Source: Priapulus caudatus (Eukaryota). From it: 64,000 nt of DNA. The stretch is from contig NW_014577081.1 in assembly GCF_000485595.1 (NCBI RefSeq), positions 550,732 through 614,731 of the forward strand. Reading direction: 5' to 3'. Made by a program: the position numbers and the translations under genes. This document shows positions 50,201 to 63,794 of this stretch, one piece after another; position 1 is the first letter of the stretch, and every line of letters begins with the position of its first letter. The notes beneath the pieces were generated by a model. The model had not been told where the DNA came from and did no database searches. It saw nothing but the letters and a program-made list of their open reading frames with translations.

Positions 50201-53200
50201 GCTAGTCCTCTGGGTGCTTGGTTATATGTGCTTGCTTGCTAGAGTTACATGTGCGTTGAACCTACTGCATTCATTAACAGTGCTGGAATTGTTGAAGATA
50301 CGTTTCATCTGTCGACTTATAAATAAAGAAAATCTGATTATGGTCATTATGCCCACACTTTTCTAGTGTGCCTTTGCATACATGTGTTATTACACTAATT
50401 TATAGGATCACAAACCTACTAGCATGCCTAAATCATGTAGTCTATTACCTTCCACAGAAATGTCAGTGTAGTTTGTACCACAAGGTTGACTCATGTCTGT
50501 CCATGAGTTTTGTGACTTACATGTTCACGTCGTCATGTTTTCAGTAGATGGCGATGCAGATGACAGTCGGATGTCTTTCTTCACGCCCGACGAGCGACCA
50601 AGTTTCTGCGACAACAGTGTGACACCCAGACGCAATGCGAGTGAAGCCAATGATGAGAACACGAGTGCCATTAGCCGATGCATCAGTAGCTCAGACTTAA
50701 TGGCAGACAACGTGTTTCCAACCACAACAGGTGACGGCACCGAGTTGGCGGGTTTAGCTTCCAACTGCCCCTCGGTTGAACCCGGAAATCTCAAGGCGAA
50801 TGTCGATGCTATCCTACGGGAGGCAGCTAGCGGAAGCATGGACCAGGTAGCTGTGGCGGCCCCTGATGGCAACTACACGGAAAATGACGCTTGTGTCGGT
50901 GAGGGTGCTCTCAACGTCGACTTCAGCGAAGAGATGGACTTTGAGAATGCGACCGAGACGGCGCTTGAAGACCTGCAGGGATTCCTAGACTATGTGCCCG
51001 GCGGTGAGACGGCAGACGCGGATGCGGGAGGCAGCGCAGTCGTCACGGGAACGCTCGACGTGGCATCCGAGGTGCTAGATGACAATACAACTGCTGCGCA
51101 ACAGCGAGCGCTCGCGGAGTCCATCCCGTGGGAAGGTGAAGCGAAGCCAAGCACAAGTGCAGCACATAAGCCAGTGAAGAAGCCACGGAAGAAGTTGACC
51201 ACAAAAAATGCGGGAGGCAAAAAGGAGAAGGACAAAGAGAAGCATGAGGTTTGGGTCATTACACATGTGCATTTAATACCATAAGTAACATATCATGAGA
51301 TGTTGAAAGAAGGTGAAGCCCAGGCTATTTGTTTTGAAGACAGTTTATAGCATTGCTATTATAAATCGTTTATGTTGCACAGGGTGGAGATGATACGGAC
51401 AGTAAGCCAAAGAAGAAAAGAAAAAGAAAGCGTAAAGGAGAAGGCAAAGGTGGGGAAGAGAAGAAAACCAAGCTCCATGTGACCAAGGAACGAAAGAATG
51501 TACATGAAAGGAAAAATATTAGGTATAGTTTGTTTTGGTTGTTGGGGAATCTAACTGACCCATTATGATTCTTTACTGTAATCAACTTGTCTATAGCCGA
51601 ATTATTCAAATTGAAAACACTTGCATTAATTAAGTAATGCTCGATCACTTGTGCCATTGTAACGAGGATGATGACGTTACCTGGTTCAAAGTAGATTTGT
51701 TGTAGCGATGAATAATGAAAACTCCAAAGTCCAAGCAGTTGTGTTTTGCAAATAGTATTATTTTTCTCAACCCACATGCGTGCGCACAGAGGCACGCATC
51801 CGCGTGCCTCCACACTATCGTTCTTTTCTCTCTCAACCAAGAACCTTCCATTTATACATTTCTAGCTAACAAAGAAAGTCGCGCGCGCGGACAACCACAC
51901 CCGCTGCACACATGCACAACAACTCTCTCTCAACCGTTTCTCATCTCCATCATCCATACTACATCAAACGCGCTGCCGCCGACTAACCCATTATGCAACC
52001 ACCGTCGCGACATTTCCAATCACCCAACTACCATTTGTAACATCTGCAAACCACAACTTTACACCATCTTTGGGAATCTGAATATTTCAACACTGAATAC
52101 AATCGTATATCTGTTGTAGTTTATAGTGAATGATGGTGCATTAATATGCATATTAAAACATATAGGTAACTGCATATTAAACTGTATTTGTTAGTCATAT
52201 AATGTAATTGATAAATTTTAATGTTTGCCACATAGGAAACTTCTAGATGAATCAAAGCTGGAGCATGCTACCATGGCAGCACAGCAAGAAGAGATGGACA
52301 GAAAACGCCGCCTGGCAGAAGTTCAGAAGAGCCTACACGCTGCGCAGGAGCAACAGCAGCAGCAGTTGCTATGGTTACCGTTAGAGGATGGCACTATGGA
52401 CAATCAGCTGGAGGAGGAGAGTGACAAGGAGACGGTTCAAGAGACAGAGGTCAGCTATGAAACCTGTTGTGAGGTTAAACTGTGACAAAGTAAAAAAAAA
52501 TATTCTTGCTATAAAGCACATTTAGATGTTGATGTTGAGATGAAACATGATTACGTATCAAAGAATAGTCGGAAGAAAACTTGTGTAAAACAGTGGATAT
52601 TTATGTATGATTTCATTAGTGCTTGAGTAAATATTTATTTTTATTCCAGGCCTCACAACAGGAAGAAGAGAATAAGGATCTACCAGTAGAAGATTCTGAG
52701 AGCATGCCCTTAGACAAGCAGCCACAAAATGAACTGCAAGTGCCAGATGCACCTGCCATTAAGCCACGTAAAGGTAAAGTTGCTTTGTATCTGTCGTGCA
52801 GTAGGAAATCATATAGGGTCCTGTGTTGCTCGTTTCAGTTATGCTGCAATATGTCAAGTTCTTTATACTTGGTGTCAAATATTGGAATCGGTGTTTATCA
52901 GACACATGTTCTTGTAAGTAGGTATACTTAAAATTACAGTTATCATAGACTGTGTAGCAATTGTAAAATGACTAAGATTCCAAGAATTGTTATCTTTTTA
53001 CTCAAGGATTTTGTTTACCATACTTGTTTGCTAATGAAAAAGCATAGTGAGTGATATGACATTGTTGTTAACTCGATTGCTCAATTGCTTGGTTGTTTAC
53101 TCAGTTGATTAGTCACTTGATGTCATTGTTGATAGCAGCAGTTTGCTGTATACCTCGGCTATACTGATTAGCCTACTCACTCATGGTCTTGTAGAGATGA

Positions 53201-56200
53201 AAAAAGGAGAATACTGATTGTGGAGTTTTAACACACATACTTGGCCGTTCTGGCAAACCTTGATCTTGTTGTAGAACTTCCAGCGAAACCCGTCGTTACG
53301 ATGGCGAAGCATGACGATGTTGTATGCCTGAGTAGTGACAGTGAAGAGGACAGCTTCCCCTCAAACTGGCGCACGGCACTTGCACAGGACATGGAGGAAG
53401 CAGCGGAACCAGAGGAGAAGGATAACGGTGAGCTGGAAAAGGGAAAGTGACTTGATAGTTTCCACCAGTCTGGGGCGCATTTCACGAACGTCCGTTCGCT
53501 ATTTTCTCCGCTATCTACTCCGCTAACTAGTAACTACTGAGTTTAGCGGACAACTTTAGCGGGAGCTCTGCATATCCCGCTAAGTTTAGCGTAGCACTAT
53601 AGTGTATATAAAAACCATAAAAATACAAAATTCACACTAAACTACAATGAAATAAGATCTTTCGTAATAAAAAATAGTCTTGGCTGTTTGTTATGCATGT
53701 TATTGGGACAAAAAATTTGTTTAAACTGCACTAGGAGTATGACAAACGTTGTGTATTTAAATAGTTTACCATGTATTGCAATGGTTGTTGATGCCACCGA
53801 TTTACGTAGGCCCTACGCGTGTAGTGCCTGTTTGTACCTTGTTTGCAAACTGGTTGTATTGATTGTACAATTGATATTGTATTTTTGCATACCTTCATAA
53901 ACTTTTGAAACTTTTATAAAACTTCAAAACGTTAAAATTAAAACAATTAAAACAATTACCAAACCATCATAAACATTGTTTTCATACCTTTATACCTTTG
54001 CACTGATCCTTGCTTGGCCAATCAATACGGCCTCTATTTGACCATTACCGCAGAGTTGATTGAGTTGACTAGCTCAGACGATGAGGAGAAGAAGAAGGAG
54101 AGAAAAAAAGAGGTTGTGAAGACTGAAGATGAAGATAGTGATGTTGTGCTCATCACTAGTGATAATAGTGACCAGGTAACTATTGCAACAACTACAACTA
54201 CTATTCTGTTGGTGAACGACAAAGCTGGAACTATTTACCTGCGGAACATAGTTTGAACACCATGTCAGTGGGAAGATAATACGTTTTGATTGAATATTGT
54301 TGCGTGTTTTCAGGCAGATGAGGACGATGTTGCCAATAGCGGCTCGCACGTCAACGATGCTTCCAACCAGCCGGACAGCCAGGGCCGCGTACTGGTCAAT
54401 GTCGGTCATCCCCCGGACGAACCTGACATCTTCCTCGCACCGCAGCTGAACAAAGCTGTCAAACCTCACCAGGTGAACTCCCTCTGTCCTCCCTATCATA
54501 TGTCCCTGTGCCTACGATAGATTAGTCTGCATTCACTTCACTTTTAAAAGATAGGTAACTTCCTCCTCCCCACCATGTCTACCTATGTCCATCCTTGAAG
54601 TATGGGTATCTTCTACCGTAGTATGATCGGTGAAGTAACACACCTATCATATCTGATTCTTAAATACCAGATGGTGCATGTGGTTTGAAAGCTGTACTTC
54701 GCCTAATTCTAAGCAAGGTGGTGTGAGTGTCGGTTTAATTATTCCTGTCTAAAAATGTGTTACATACATGACATATGTTTTGAGATAGGCAAGGACAATT
54801 TGGAGTAAGTGGTTTATGATTTGTTATCAGATTGGAGGAATTCGCTTCTTGTATGACAACCTAGTTGAGTCCCTCACTCGCTGTAAGACAAGCAATGGGT
54901 TCGGATGTATCTTGGCACATAGCATGGGCCTAGGCAAAACTCTACAGGTATGTGATGTTGATAAGCATGTATGTGTAATGTCTCCTACAGAATAACCAGC
55001 TTGCAATTTACTATATAATATCAAAAAGACGCTTGCACTTGCCATAAAATGGTACTTTAGGTAAAAGCATATACATGACCAGTAAAACGTTATTAGGTTA
55101 GTGGCATTTTTAATGCATCATCAATAGACAGTTTTGTTTGAATATGCCTTCAGTTGCGAGGGATAAACTTTAATACTGATCGCAATTTTCTTTACCTGTC
55201 TAATAAGGGTCTACAAAATGTTTACTGTAGATAGTACCACAGTTGCTACCTGACCACAAGCTGTAACATAACATTTCTTTAATTATTTCTTTGAATATTT
55301 CAGTTGATATCCTTCACGGACGTGTTTCTGCGGCATACCGACTGTCGTAATGTCATCGCCATAGTTCCTGTCAACACCCTACTGAATTGGGTCGCTGAAT
55401 TCGACCTATGGCTGCCAACCACATCGAACTCACCTCCCGAGGAAGTGCTCACGCGACAGTTTGAGGTGTTCATCCTTAATGACAGTTGCAAGACGATGGC
55501 CTCCCGTGCACGCGTCGTCAGTAAGTTGTACTCGCAGTGTAGGGTGCCACTGCTTCTAAAGAAACATTGGTGTCTGCTACATAGAAATGCAATGAATCCT
55601 TGCTTGCTCGTAGAGTATACCATCCAGGAAGTTTGCTACGGGTAATATTACGCGCTAAACCTGTTGCTACCTTTAACCCTAAACCTGTTGCTACCTTTAA
55701 CCCTAATCCTAACTGTGACCTATGTATAGTGACTAGAAACTGTAACGTTACTCATATTGAAAAAGCCGGATTGTATACTGTAGCCTTGCTTGCTGCAAAC
55801 CCTTTCTGAAATATTGTCATACGTGCTACACAGTGGTTACATTCGCTCAACAAGACTATTCTCTAGGCTGTTCCAGTAAATGTTGGCTATAAAGCAACCT
55901 GTGAATTAGGAGCGAAAAAGCGATTTCAGACCCACTCACTTACTCCTGTTCCACTGATGTGTGGCGCCATCTGTTGTAGACAAGTGGCACAGCGAAGGAG
56001 GGGTGCTCATTATGGGCTACGAGATGTATCGTCTGCTAGTGTCAAACAAGTTCAAGCGCAGCAGCAAGAGCAAGCGTGCACGTGCACGAGCCGTGGCAGC
56101 GGACTGTAAGCAGGATGCACTTATCATTGATATCGAAGAGGAGGAGCTGAACAAGCAGTACATGCAAGGTACGTGCACAGCCCTGTCACATGCCGGCCTG

Positions 56201-59200
56201 TCTAACGACAGCAGTCTTACACAGCCCTGTAACACGCTGGCCCGTCTAACGACAGCAGTCTTACACAGCCCTGTAACATGCCGGCCCATCTAACCACAGC
56301 AGTCTTACACAGCCCTGTAACATGCCGGCCCATCTAACCACAGCAGTCTTACACAGCCCTGTAACATGCCGGCCCGTCTAACGACAGCAGTCTTACACAG
56401 CCCTGTCACATGCCGGCCCATCTAACCACAGCAGTCTTACACAGCCCTGCCACATGCCGGCACGCGTCTAAACGCAGCAGCAGTCTTACACAGGCCGCTG
56501 TAACATGCCGCCCATGCTAACGACAGGGCAGGTGCTTAGCACAGGCCCTGTCAGCATGCCGGCCGCATCTAAACCACAGCATCTTTACACACCCTGTAAC
56601 ATGCCGGCCCGTCTAAGCGAACAGCAGGTCTTACACAGCCTGCTGTCACACGGCGCGCCGGCGTCTAGACGCACAGGCAGTACTCAACGAGCAGCCCTGT
56701 CACATGCCGGCCCATCAAACCACAGCAGTCTTAACAGCCAGCTGTAAACATGCGCGGCGCCATACTAAGACGACAGCAGTCTAGCACAGCGCGCTGTCAC
56801 ATGCCGCGCCATTCTAACCACAGCAGTCTTTAGCACAGCCCATGTCAACACCTGCCGGCCCGTCTAACGCACAGCAGTCTTTTACACAAGTCCTGTTAAC
56901 ATGCCGCGCCGTCTAACAATAGCAGTCTTACACAGGCCTGCCCTGTAAAGCATGCCGGCGCGTCTAAAACGAGCAAGCAGTCTTACACAGACCCTGTAAC
57001 ATGCCGGCCCGTCTAACGACAGCAGTGCTACAGGCAGCCTGCTGTAACATGGCCGGCCCCATGCTAACCACAGCAGTCTTATCACAGCCCTGTAACATGG
57101 CCGGCTCATCTAACATAGCAGTCTTCCACAGCCGGCTGTAAACATGCCGGCCGCATCTACAACGAGCAGCAGTCTTCACAGCCCTGTAATACATGGCCGC
57201 GCCGTCTAACGAACAGCAGTCTTAAGCACAGCCCTGTAACATGCGCGGCCCATCGGCTAACGGCTACAGCAGTCTAACACAGGGCCCTGTAACATGCCGG
57301 CTCCAATCTAAGCGACAGCAGTCTTAGGCAGCGAGCCGCTGTAACATGCCGGCCAGTCTATACGCACAGCAGTCTTTTAGCACAGGCCCTGTAAGCATGC
57401 GGCGCCGCTCTAAGCCACAGCAGCTCTTACAGCAGCCCTGTCACATGCCGAGCTGACATACTAACGACAGCAGTCTTAGCACAGCCCTGTAACTATGCCT
57501 GGCCCATCTAACCATGAGCAGCTACACAGTCGCTGTAACATGCGCTAATCGCTTATGCTAAACGGCATAGAGTCTTAAGCACAGCCCTGTGAACATGCGC
57601 GGGCGCCATCAAACGACAGCAGATCTTAAACACCAGTCGCCGAGCGCTGTAAGCAGCGCGGCGGCCATCTAACGAGCAGCAGTCTTTAGCACAGCTCCTG
57701 CCAGATCCGAGCGCCCGTCTAACGGACAAAGCGTATGCTTACACAGCGCCGGACTGTAACATGCGCGCCCATCTAACGGCAGAACAGCTATGTTCTTTAC
57801 AAGCATGCCTGTGGCACATGCCAGCTCAATCTAGACGAACAAGCAGTCTTACACAGCGCCTGTAACTAATGCCGGCCATTCTAACGGCAATAGCAGTGCT
57901 TACACAGTCCTCGTCAAACATGGCCAGCGGTCATGCTAAGCCATAGCAGTCTTTACACCACGCCTGTAACAGTAGCGGCCATCTAACGACAGGCAGTCTA
58001 CAGCAGCAACTGCTAACATGCCGGCGGCCATCTAAACCATATGCAGTCTCACACAGGCCCTGTAACATGCCGGCCCATGCTAACCACAGCAGTCCTTAGC
58101 ACCAGCCTGTAACACGCTGGCGGCGCTTAAACTACATGGCAGTCTTACACACAGGCCGCTGTCAGCATGCCAGCTGCATAACAATCGGCATAGGCGAGTC
58201 TATACCACAGCACCTGTCAGCAATGCCAGCTCATCTAAACCACAGCAGTCTTACACCAGCCCTGTCAGCATGCCAGCTTCATCTAACCATAGCAGTCTTA
58301 CACAGCCCTGTGCACATGCCGGCCCGTCTAACCAGAGCAGTCTTACAGCAGGCCCTGTAACATGCCGGCCGCATCTAACGACAGCAGTCTTACACAGCCC
58401 TGTCATCATGCCGGCCCATCTAACCACGAGTAGCAGTGCTTACACAGCCCTAGTAACATGCCGGGCCGGCGTCTTGAACACAGCAGTCTACCAACAGCCC
58501 TGTAAACATGCCGGCCGCCGATCTAAAGCCACACGGCCGCAGTCTTACACAGGCCCTGTAACATGCCGGCCCATCTAAACCAGCAGCAAGTCTTACACAG
58601 CCGCTGTCCAGGCATTGCCGGCCATCTAACCCCAGCAGTCTTATCACAGCCCTGTCACATGCCGGGCCCGTCTAACCACAGCAGGTGCTTACACAGCCCT
58701 GTAAACATGCCGGCCCATCTAACGGACAATGGCAGTGCATTACACAGCCCTGTCACATTGCCGGCCCATCTAACAGGCAGCAGGCCAGTCTTACACAGGC
58801 CCTGTAACATGGCCGGCGCCTCTAAACACGCACAGCACCGTCTTCCACAGCCCTGTAAACATGCCGGCCGCATTAACCAGCAGCAGTCTTAGCACAGCCG
58901 CTGTAGCATGCCGGCCCAGTCTAACCACATGGCAGTCTTACACAGCCCTGTCACATGGCCGGCCATGCTAACCACAGGCAAGTGCTGTATCTTACACAGC
59001 CCTGTCACATGCGGCGGCGCCGTCTAACGCGCACAGCAGTGCCTACAGCAGCCCTGTAAGCCATGCCGGCGGCGCGTCTAAGCGCACAGCAGTGCTTACA
59101 CAGGCCGCTGTAAGCATGCCGGCCCATTCTAACCACAGCAGTCTTAAGCAGCAAGCCGGCTGTAAACATGGCTGGCCTTTGTTACCGTCTAACGACAAGC

Positions 59201-62200
59201 AGTCTTACACAGCCCTGTAACACTGGCGCTGGCCCATGCTAACGACAAGCAGTCTTACACAGCCCTGTTAGCATGCCGGCCGGCGTCTAACCATAGCAGT
59301 CACATACACAGTCTGTCAGCCATGGCCGCCCATGCTAACGACAGCAGTCTCTCAGCACAGCCCCTGTCACATTGCCCGCCGCGTCTAGACCACAGCAGTC
59401 TCACTACAGCCCTGTCAGCAATGCCGGCCCATCTAACTGCAGCAGCAGTCTTACAGCAGCCCTGTTAGCATGCCGGCGCGGGACCCGTCTTAACTATCGG
59501 GGGAGCTGGCGAATGTGAGGGGCGGAATAAGGCCAGAGATAAAGGAATGCATAGTCTTAGCACAGTCCTGTCACATGCCGGCCCATCTAACCGACAGGCA
59601 GTCTCACAGCAGCCGGCTGTCACATCAGTCTGCCGGCCCGTCTAAGCCACAGCAGTGCTCACACAGCCCTGTCACATGCCGGCCCCCATCTAACCACATG
59701 CAGTCTTACCAGCAGCCCTGTTACATGCGCGCGCCGTCCTAACCAATAGCATCTTACACGAGTCCCTGGTCACATGCCGGCCCATTAACGCAACAGCAGT
59801 GGCTTACACAGCCTGTACCATGCTGGCGGCCGTCTAACGCAACAGGCAGTCCTTACAACAAGCCCTTGTCAACATGCCAGTCCATGCTAAGCCACAGCAG
59901 TCTACAGCAGCGCCTATAACATGCCGGCCCATCTAACCACATATAAGCTTCTGATTCTATAAAAAAATAATTATCGCACTTAGTACCTATTGAAACTAAT
60001 ACATGCATGACCTATTGTTATTTGTATCTGATCACCTGATATAATATATAATATAATTGATTTATATAATTATGATATTATATCCTGTTGCAGATGTTGA
60101 GAAAGCACTGATCAGACCTGGCCCAGATCTTGTTATTTGTGACGAAGGACATCGAATTAAAAACTGCTCTGCCAGCATTTCAAACACACTGAAGAATATA
60201 CGCACCAAGTGAGAAATAGAGTCTGTGATTTGTCTGACTTTGTGCCTTGGTGATTGCAAGTCTATGAGACCAGCTGTGGATTTATTAGTATAACAAGCAT
60301 CATGTTCATCATGAACATCCGTGTTATCGTCAGCATCATCATAACTGCTGTAGTCGTTCACCACCATCGTCGTCATTGATCTGCTATCATTATCACTCAA
60401 TCTACTACCATCACTAACTATTATCTTTACGGTTGTTACCGTCAGTATGGCTGTCGTAAATTACATCGTCATTGCGGTCGTTTGTTTGCAGACGCAGGGT
60501 GGTACTCACTGGCTACCCTCTACAGAACAACCTGATTGAGTACTACTGCATGGTCGACTTTATTCGGCCAAACTTTCTCGGCACAAAAGCGGAGTTCATG
60601 AACATGTTTGAGCGACCAATCAGCAACGGGCATTGCACCGACAGCATGCCGGTGGACAAGAGGCTAATGCGGTTCCGTTCTCACGTTCTTCACAGCCTCC
60701 TCGAGGGTTTCGTGCAGAGGTGTGTGCTCCCATTACTATCCACCCAGCAGCCTTTCCCATCTTCCACAGCCTCCTCAAGGGTTTACTACAGAGACATTTG
60801 GCATTACTTCCATCCACCAGCCTCCTCAAGGGCGTTTTACAGAGGTGTGCCCCTTCTCCCATCTAAGCAGCAGCCTCTCCCATGTCCTGCAGCCTGTTGC
60901 AGGGTTTCCGATGGAGGTATGTGCCCCTTCTGCTATCCCTCAGTTTCCTCTCAGGCCTTTCACTGCTTTAGTGCATTCTACAGCCCTTTACTCCTGTCCC
61001 CCACGCTCATATTTATTTTTGATTCAGCCCCGTTAGTACTGAGTCTTCTACTGGGCTACTTTTTATGTACGTATTGCTCACCCATATGTTCACCCCGGTT
61101 GATTGGTGCGCTAGTATTCTATGAGTCGTGTAAGAGAATTTGCTTTGCAGACGAGGCCACACTGTTCTGCAGTCTTGCCTCCCACCGAAGGAGGAGCACG
61201 TATTACTGGTGCCTTTGTCACCTGTGCAGAAGAGGCTGTACCGCGCCTTCATGGTGGTTTGCACTTCTGGCATGAGCAGCTGGGCACGCTGTAACCCTAT
61301 CAAGGCTTTCTCGGTCTGCTGTAAGGTAACAGGCTATGTGTGTAGTATTACTGCGAGGCCAGCACACCATTTGGCGTGCAGGAGTCACTTGAATAAGTCG
61401 TTTAGATTTTATAGGTACCGATTCGTCAGTTATTTTTCTGATCGCAAAACAAACTTAGTAGACTTCAGTACAGAAACTTATACATGGACTTGGTTGTAAA
61501 ACTAACACTGAAGAAAAATTCAGGTGTATTGGGAAATTGCACTGATTGATGCTTGAAGTGTTGGAACAATGTGCAGTGTTGTTTGGAGTGACCATTAATT
61601 GGTAGACAATATTAACTGTACGGTACTGCCAGCGTGATCGCAGTAACAATAGCAGCTTGGTTTTAACTGAAGCAAAAGCAAAATAATGTTTGCTGCCACT
61701 GTGCGCTTGCGACTGATGATCGACTGACCACTTGACATTCCCCGCCCGTAGATCTGGAACCATCCTGACATTCTCTACGACACGGTGAGGAAGAAGAACC
61801 GGAAGGTCGACGACCTTGACCTTGACCTGCCTGAGCTCGCCGTTGACGGCGTGGAGAGCGCTGCAGGAGGATCCGGGAAGGCTACGACCCCTAAGCGGAG
61901 AGGGAGACCTCCCAAAGCTGGTGAGATAGTGGCTATTCTCATAACTCGGTAACGCTGGAAACTATAGTGGGCAGGGAATTTGTATCATGTGCGACGCAGG
62001 TGGCAATATGTTAAACGGGGTAAAGGTGTGTTCTTTTAATGTTATTCTCACTTTTTAATGAGGTAACAACAATCTTATTGAATCGAACTGTGATAAACAT
62101 TCATCACGTGGTTAACAAGTCATGGTCATGCTCTCACATATCACAGGCATCATAACAGCTCGAAGGGGGGGGGGGGTATTATTAGTCCCTCTCTGGGACA

Positions 62201-63585
62201 ATCATTCTAGTTTAAACTGGTTGCTTATGATGAATTAAATTGTGCCTCTGTTCTGAACAGGGTCCAAAGCATCACCAATCTCACGGCCTGTTGTGGCTGA
62301 TAATGGCAATTCCAACATGAGCAGTATGGTGTCAGAGGATTCTGACAGTAACTTCCCGACCAGTGTGAGCTGTGGTGTAAGTGGCACCACTAGTGTACCG
62401 GCCTCGGCTGAGCCGAAACAGACACTGGATGCAGGACCCTCCCTGTTTAACGACAAGGTCGATAAAATGATTGATTACGAGTGGGTAAGTGGCTGCCATG
62501 TTATCTGAGTTTTTACAACAGTGCTGCAACAACTTTAAAACAACCGCAACATTTTTACAGTCATAGTGAAAAATCAAAGTTAAGTCTTAAATAGTGAATA
62601 TATAGTCATATATATTTAGTCTAATATAGTGTTAGATAGCCAGATTCTGGCTTTAATGGTCACAGTATCCATCTAAAAGTGGACTGTGGAAACGGGCAGC
62701 CAAATGTATGTTGGCTTTGAACAATGTCTCTCATCTATTTCCTTGCAGGCAGATGATTTGGTAAAGGATTACCAGCCAGGACTGTTAGAGAATGGAGGCA
62801 AGTTTGTACTCACGCTGTGCTTGCTTGAAGAGTCGATACACTTACAGGACAAAGTACTTCTCTTTAGGTATTGATATACTAATCAATCGTTTTATTAGGA
62901 TTAAAAATGCATTCTGCAAATTGATAGTCATGGTTACATTTTATAGGTGGCACTTTACATGGATATTTGCATGTGGTTTGTGTTTTAGTCAAAGCCTGAG
63001 TACACTGGATCTTATTGAAAAGTTCTTGGGTCGACACTATGTGCCCCTTCCGGCCGATGCTGACCCGCAGCAACCACGAGTAAAGTGGTCCAAAAACCAA
63101 CACTACTATCGGCTGGACGGTTCCACTTCGTCTAGTGATAGGGAGCGATTGATCACACAGTTCAACGAATCCAAAGACATTCACTTGTTCCTGCTGTCAA
63201 CAAGGTAACCGTGATAACCGATAAATAACTTGCGAAACTGCACAGTTCTCAATTTAGCAACGTCAAATTTCGCATATTCGCTCGTCGTTCACTTCCATAC
63301 CAATCGGCCAGCATGCGTAGCGGTGCATTCTGTGTTCGACCCCCCCCCCCCCCATGCGCTGACATCTGTGTTACTTCAGGGCCGGCTGCCTCGGCGTGAA
63401 CCTGATAGGTGCGAACCGTGTGATCGTATTCGACGCGTCATGGAACCCGTGCCACGACGCGCAGGCCGTCTGCCGCGTTTATCGCTACGGGCAACGGAAG
63501 GCCTGCCACGTGTACCGGCTTGTCGCTGACAACACTCTCGAGAAGAAGATCTATGATCGGCAGATCACCAAGCAGGGCATGTCAG
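47223..63585 (+). CDS. RAD54L2: SNF2-family helicase ARIP4 (RAD54-like 2), 3'-incomplete
   Basis: Exons 47223-47313, 47712-48098, 50545-51248, 51383-51522, 52236-52449, 52650-52773, 53275-53427, 54054-54175, 54314-54472 ([27 protein letters not shown]), 54831-54947 ([14 protein letters not shown]...[15 protein letters not shown]), 55304-55520, 55980-56168, 60094-60208 ([16 protein letters not shown]), 60492-60719 ([10 protein letters not shown]), 61151-61325, 61752-61920 (IWNHPD), 62261-62484, 62749-62867, 62989-63204 (YYRLDGST) and 63380-63585 ([21 protein letters not shown]). Phases are consistent. Confidence 0.95.
48119..48603 (+). mobile_element. HINE-like element with (GTGTTA)n and internal tandem repeats
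   Basis: Same termini as 45858-46086, with an expanded microsatellite and about 66-bp internal repeats. Confidence 0.72.
48830..48912 (+). pseudogene. tRNA-derived sequence (pseudo-tRNA or SINE head)
   Basis: A-box TGGCGCAGTGG and B-box GGTTCGAGTCC are at tRNA-like spacing, but the acceptor and anticodon stems pair poorly. Confidence 0.55.
49830..50205 (+). mobile_element. Helitron-like 3' end with (GATGG)n satellite
   Basis: GC hairpin CCGGGCAACGCCGGG followed by CTAG|T at 50202-50206. Pentamer array at 49897-50105. Confidence 0.6.
56175..59940. repeat. 44-bp minisatellite array (about 3.8 kb) in an ARIP4 intron
   Basis: Unit CACAGCCCTGTAACATGCCGGCCCATCTAACCACAGCAGTCTTA. Clean for the first few units, insertion-riddled after about 56460. 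Confidence 0.95.
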
Positions 63586-63645
63586 GTGAGACTAGCAGTG
63601 CATGTCAGGTGAGACTAGCAGTGCATGTCAGGTGAGACTAGCAGT
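63577..63645 (+). repeat. 3 x 23-bp tandem repeat spanning a splice donor
   Basis: GCATGTCAGGTGAGACTAGCAGT at 63577, 63600 and 63623. Confidence 0.92.
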
Positions 63646-63794
63646 ACCAGTGTGGGCCTGAAGGCCTTTGTGTATGTTTCCCAACATTAGGCTGTTCTCA
63701 AGTTATTATTGGGGTGTATATAACAGCAATAATACTTTATTGGTGGTAAAACCCATAGCTCATGTTTTCACCTATTATCCATAATCCGAGTTAA

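Noticed and set aside
56175..59940. CRISPR-like array, or repeat-protein ORFs
   Set aside because: Contiguous 44-bp units with no unique spacers and no cas genes, in a eukaryotic intron. The ORFs are repeat translations.
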